Part shown: piece by piece, positions 62,892-64,000 of the stretch
Layout: every line of letters begins with the position of its first letter
Position numbering within the stretch: position 1 is the first letter of the stretch
NCBI GenBank assembly: GCA_002189035.1
Contig: CM007989.1
Span: forward strand, 5,952,001 to 6,016,000
Reading direction: 5' to 3'
Origin: Utricularia gibba
Lineage: Eukaryota > Plantae > Magnoliophyta
DNA length: 64,000 bases
Notes under the pieces: generated by a model
What the model saw: only the letters and a program-made list of their open reading frames with translations
Database searches by the model: none
What the model was told of the DNA's origin: nothing
Translations under genes and position numbers: made by a program

Positions 62892-63511
62892 GGGCCTGTT
62901 TGGTATGATTGTTAGCATATCTTAACAAGAGTTTTATATTAAAAGTATGTTTGATAGGGATTATGAAAGAAGACAACTTTGTTTATCTAAATATATATAA
63001 AACTAATTTTGGGATGTTAAGCTTAACGTAGGAAAGGAAGGGTGTGCGTTTATACTAACCTCTCTTTATTCTTATTCTACCCATCTCCTTACATATAATT
63101 CTATAACCTTCTCCACCTTTAGCACCTGTCAACTTCTTCTTGGCTATGATCGGTTTGTCCCTAATAGAGTCAAATTTGATAAGATAGGAGTGTGAAATCA
63201 TAAAATAAAAATAAATATTGATCTTACATATAATAGAAATATTAAAAAAGAATCATAGAACCTTTGATGAATAGAATTTAAATAATAAAAAATGGTTGTA
63301 AAAAATATTTTAATAATATTAAGGATATTTTGAACAATTTTCATAAAATTATGTATTTAACAATAATATACCAAATATAAATATTATAAACACTCGTATT
63401 TTTATACAATGTTGTCAAATGCATATTTAATCTAAACAATAAATATTTTTTTTATCTAAATAATAATAATCTTAACGAATTGTAAACTAAACAAATATAC
63501 CAAACGAGACC
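62892..63511. mobile_element. Tourist-like (PIF/Harbinger) MITE, 620 bp
   Basis: TIRs GGGCCTGTTTGGTAT / ATACCAAACGAGACC (12/15 match). TAA TSD at 62889-62891 and 63512-63514. AT-rich non-coding interior. Confidence 0.75.
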
Positions 63512-64000
63512 TAATTCATTGTTGTTTGGATTTAAAGTTGAAATTTAGATTAATATGATTTAATTAAAGTAAACTAATGTATTTAGTTTTTAAAATATGT
63601 TTCATATATGATTTTCTTGTTTTCTTTACAAAATTGTATTCACTCATAAAAAATTATTTTATTATAAGCTTAAAGAATAATTTTTTTTTAGTTAGAAAGC
63701 CTAAGTTTATGATTTCTAACTTATTGTAAATTATTTCTAACTCCATTTTTTTTGCAAATACAATTTAAAACATAGAAGTATCATTTTAAATTAAAGAAAA
63801 TAAAAATAAATTGTTTTCGATACAAACTTTATCACTGAATAACATTTACGTTCCCATTTGTGATAGATGAATTTAAAATAAAAAAATTTCACACATCAAA
63901 TATAAATTATAATATACAATATAAAATTTTAGAAATAATTAAGTAATTAATTTAAGTATATTCTCATCTACAAAAAACATAGCACACGTTTTAATAGTGA

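Overview
AT-rich, transposon-dense flowering-plant nuclear DNA. Five genes look intact: a SUPERMAN-like C2H2/EAR zinc finger, phosphoribosylanthranilate isomerase (PAI), plastid PGP phosphatase (PGPP1-like HAD), an ABCG half-transporter and CGL160. Two genes are dead: a GH28 polygalacturonase interrupted in its last exon by a very young Copia, and a PIN5-like auxin carrier spread over about 15 kb by three independent LTR insertions plus nested LTRs, ending in an inverted ankyrin/PGG gene fragment. Other mobile DNA includes an old Copia nested in a hAT element, TRIM copies (one tandem array, one inverted pair), PIF/Harbinger, MULE and Tourist remnants, and Angela- and Athila-like LTR pieces. 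The most unusual signals are: (1) Copia elements with 18-nt primer-binding sites matching tRNA-Phe or tRNA-Trp rather than the usual initiator tRNA-Met, with TA...TA LTR termini on the Phe element; (2) long acidic integrase linkers and pol frames that run into the 3' LTR in the two Trp elements; (3) a 403-bp fold-back inside one Copia whose filler DNA was copied from the element/host junction. All alignments were done by eye, and tRNA and family sequences were recalled from memory.
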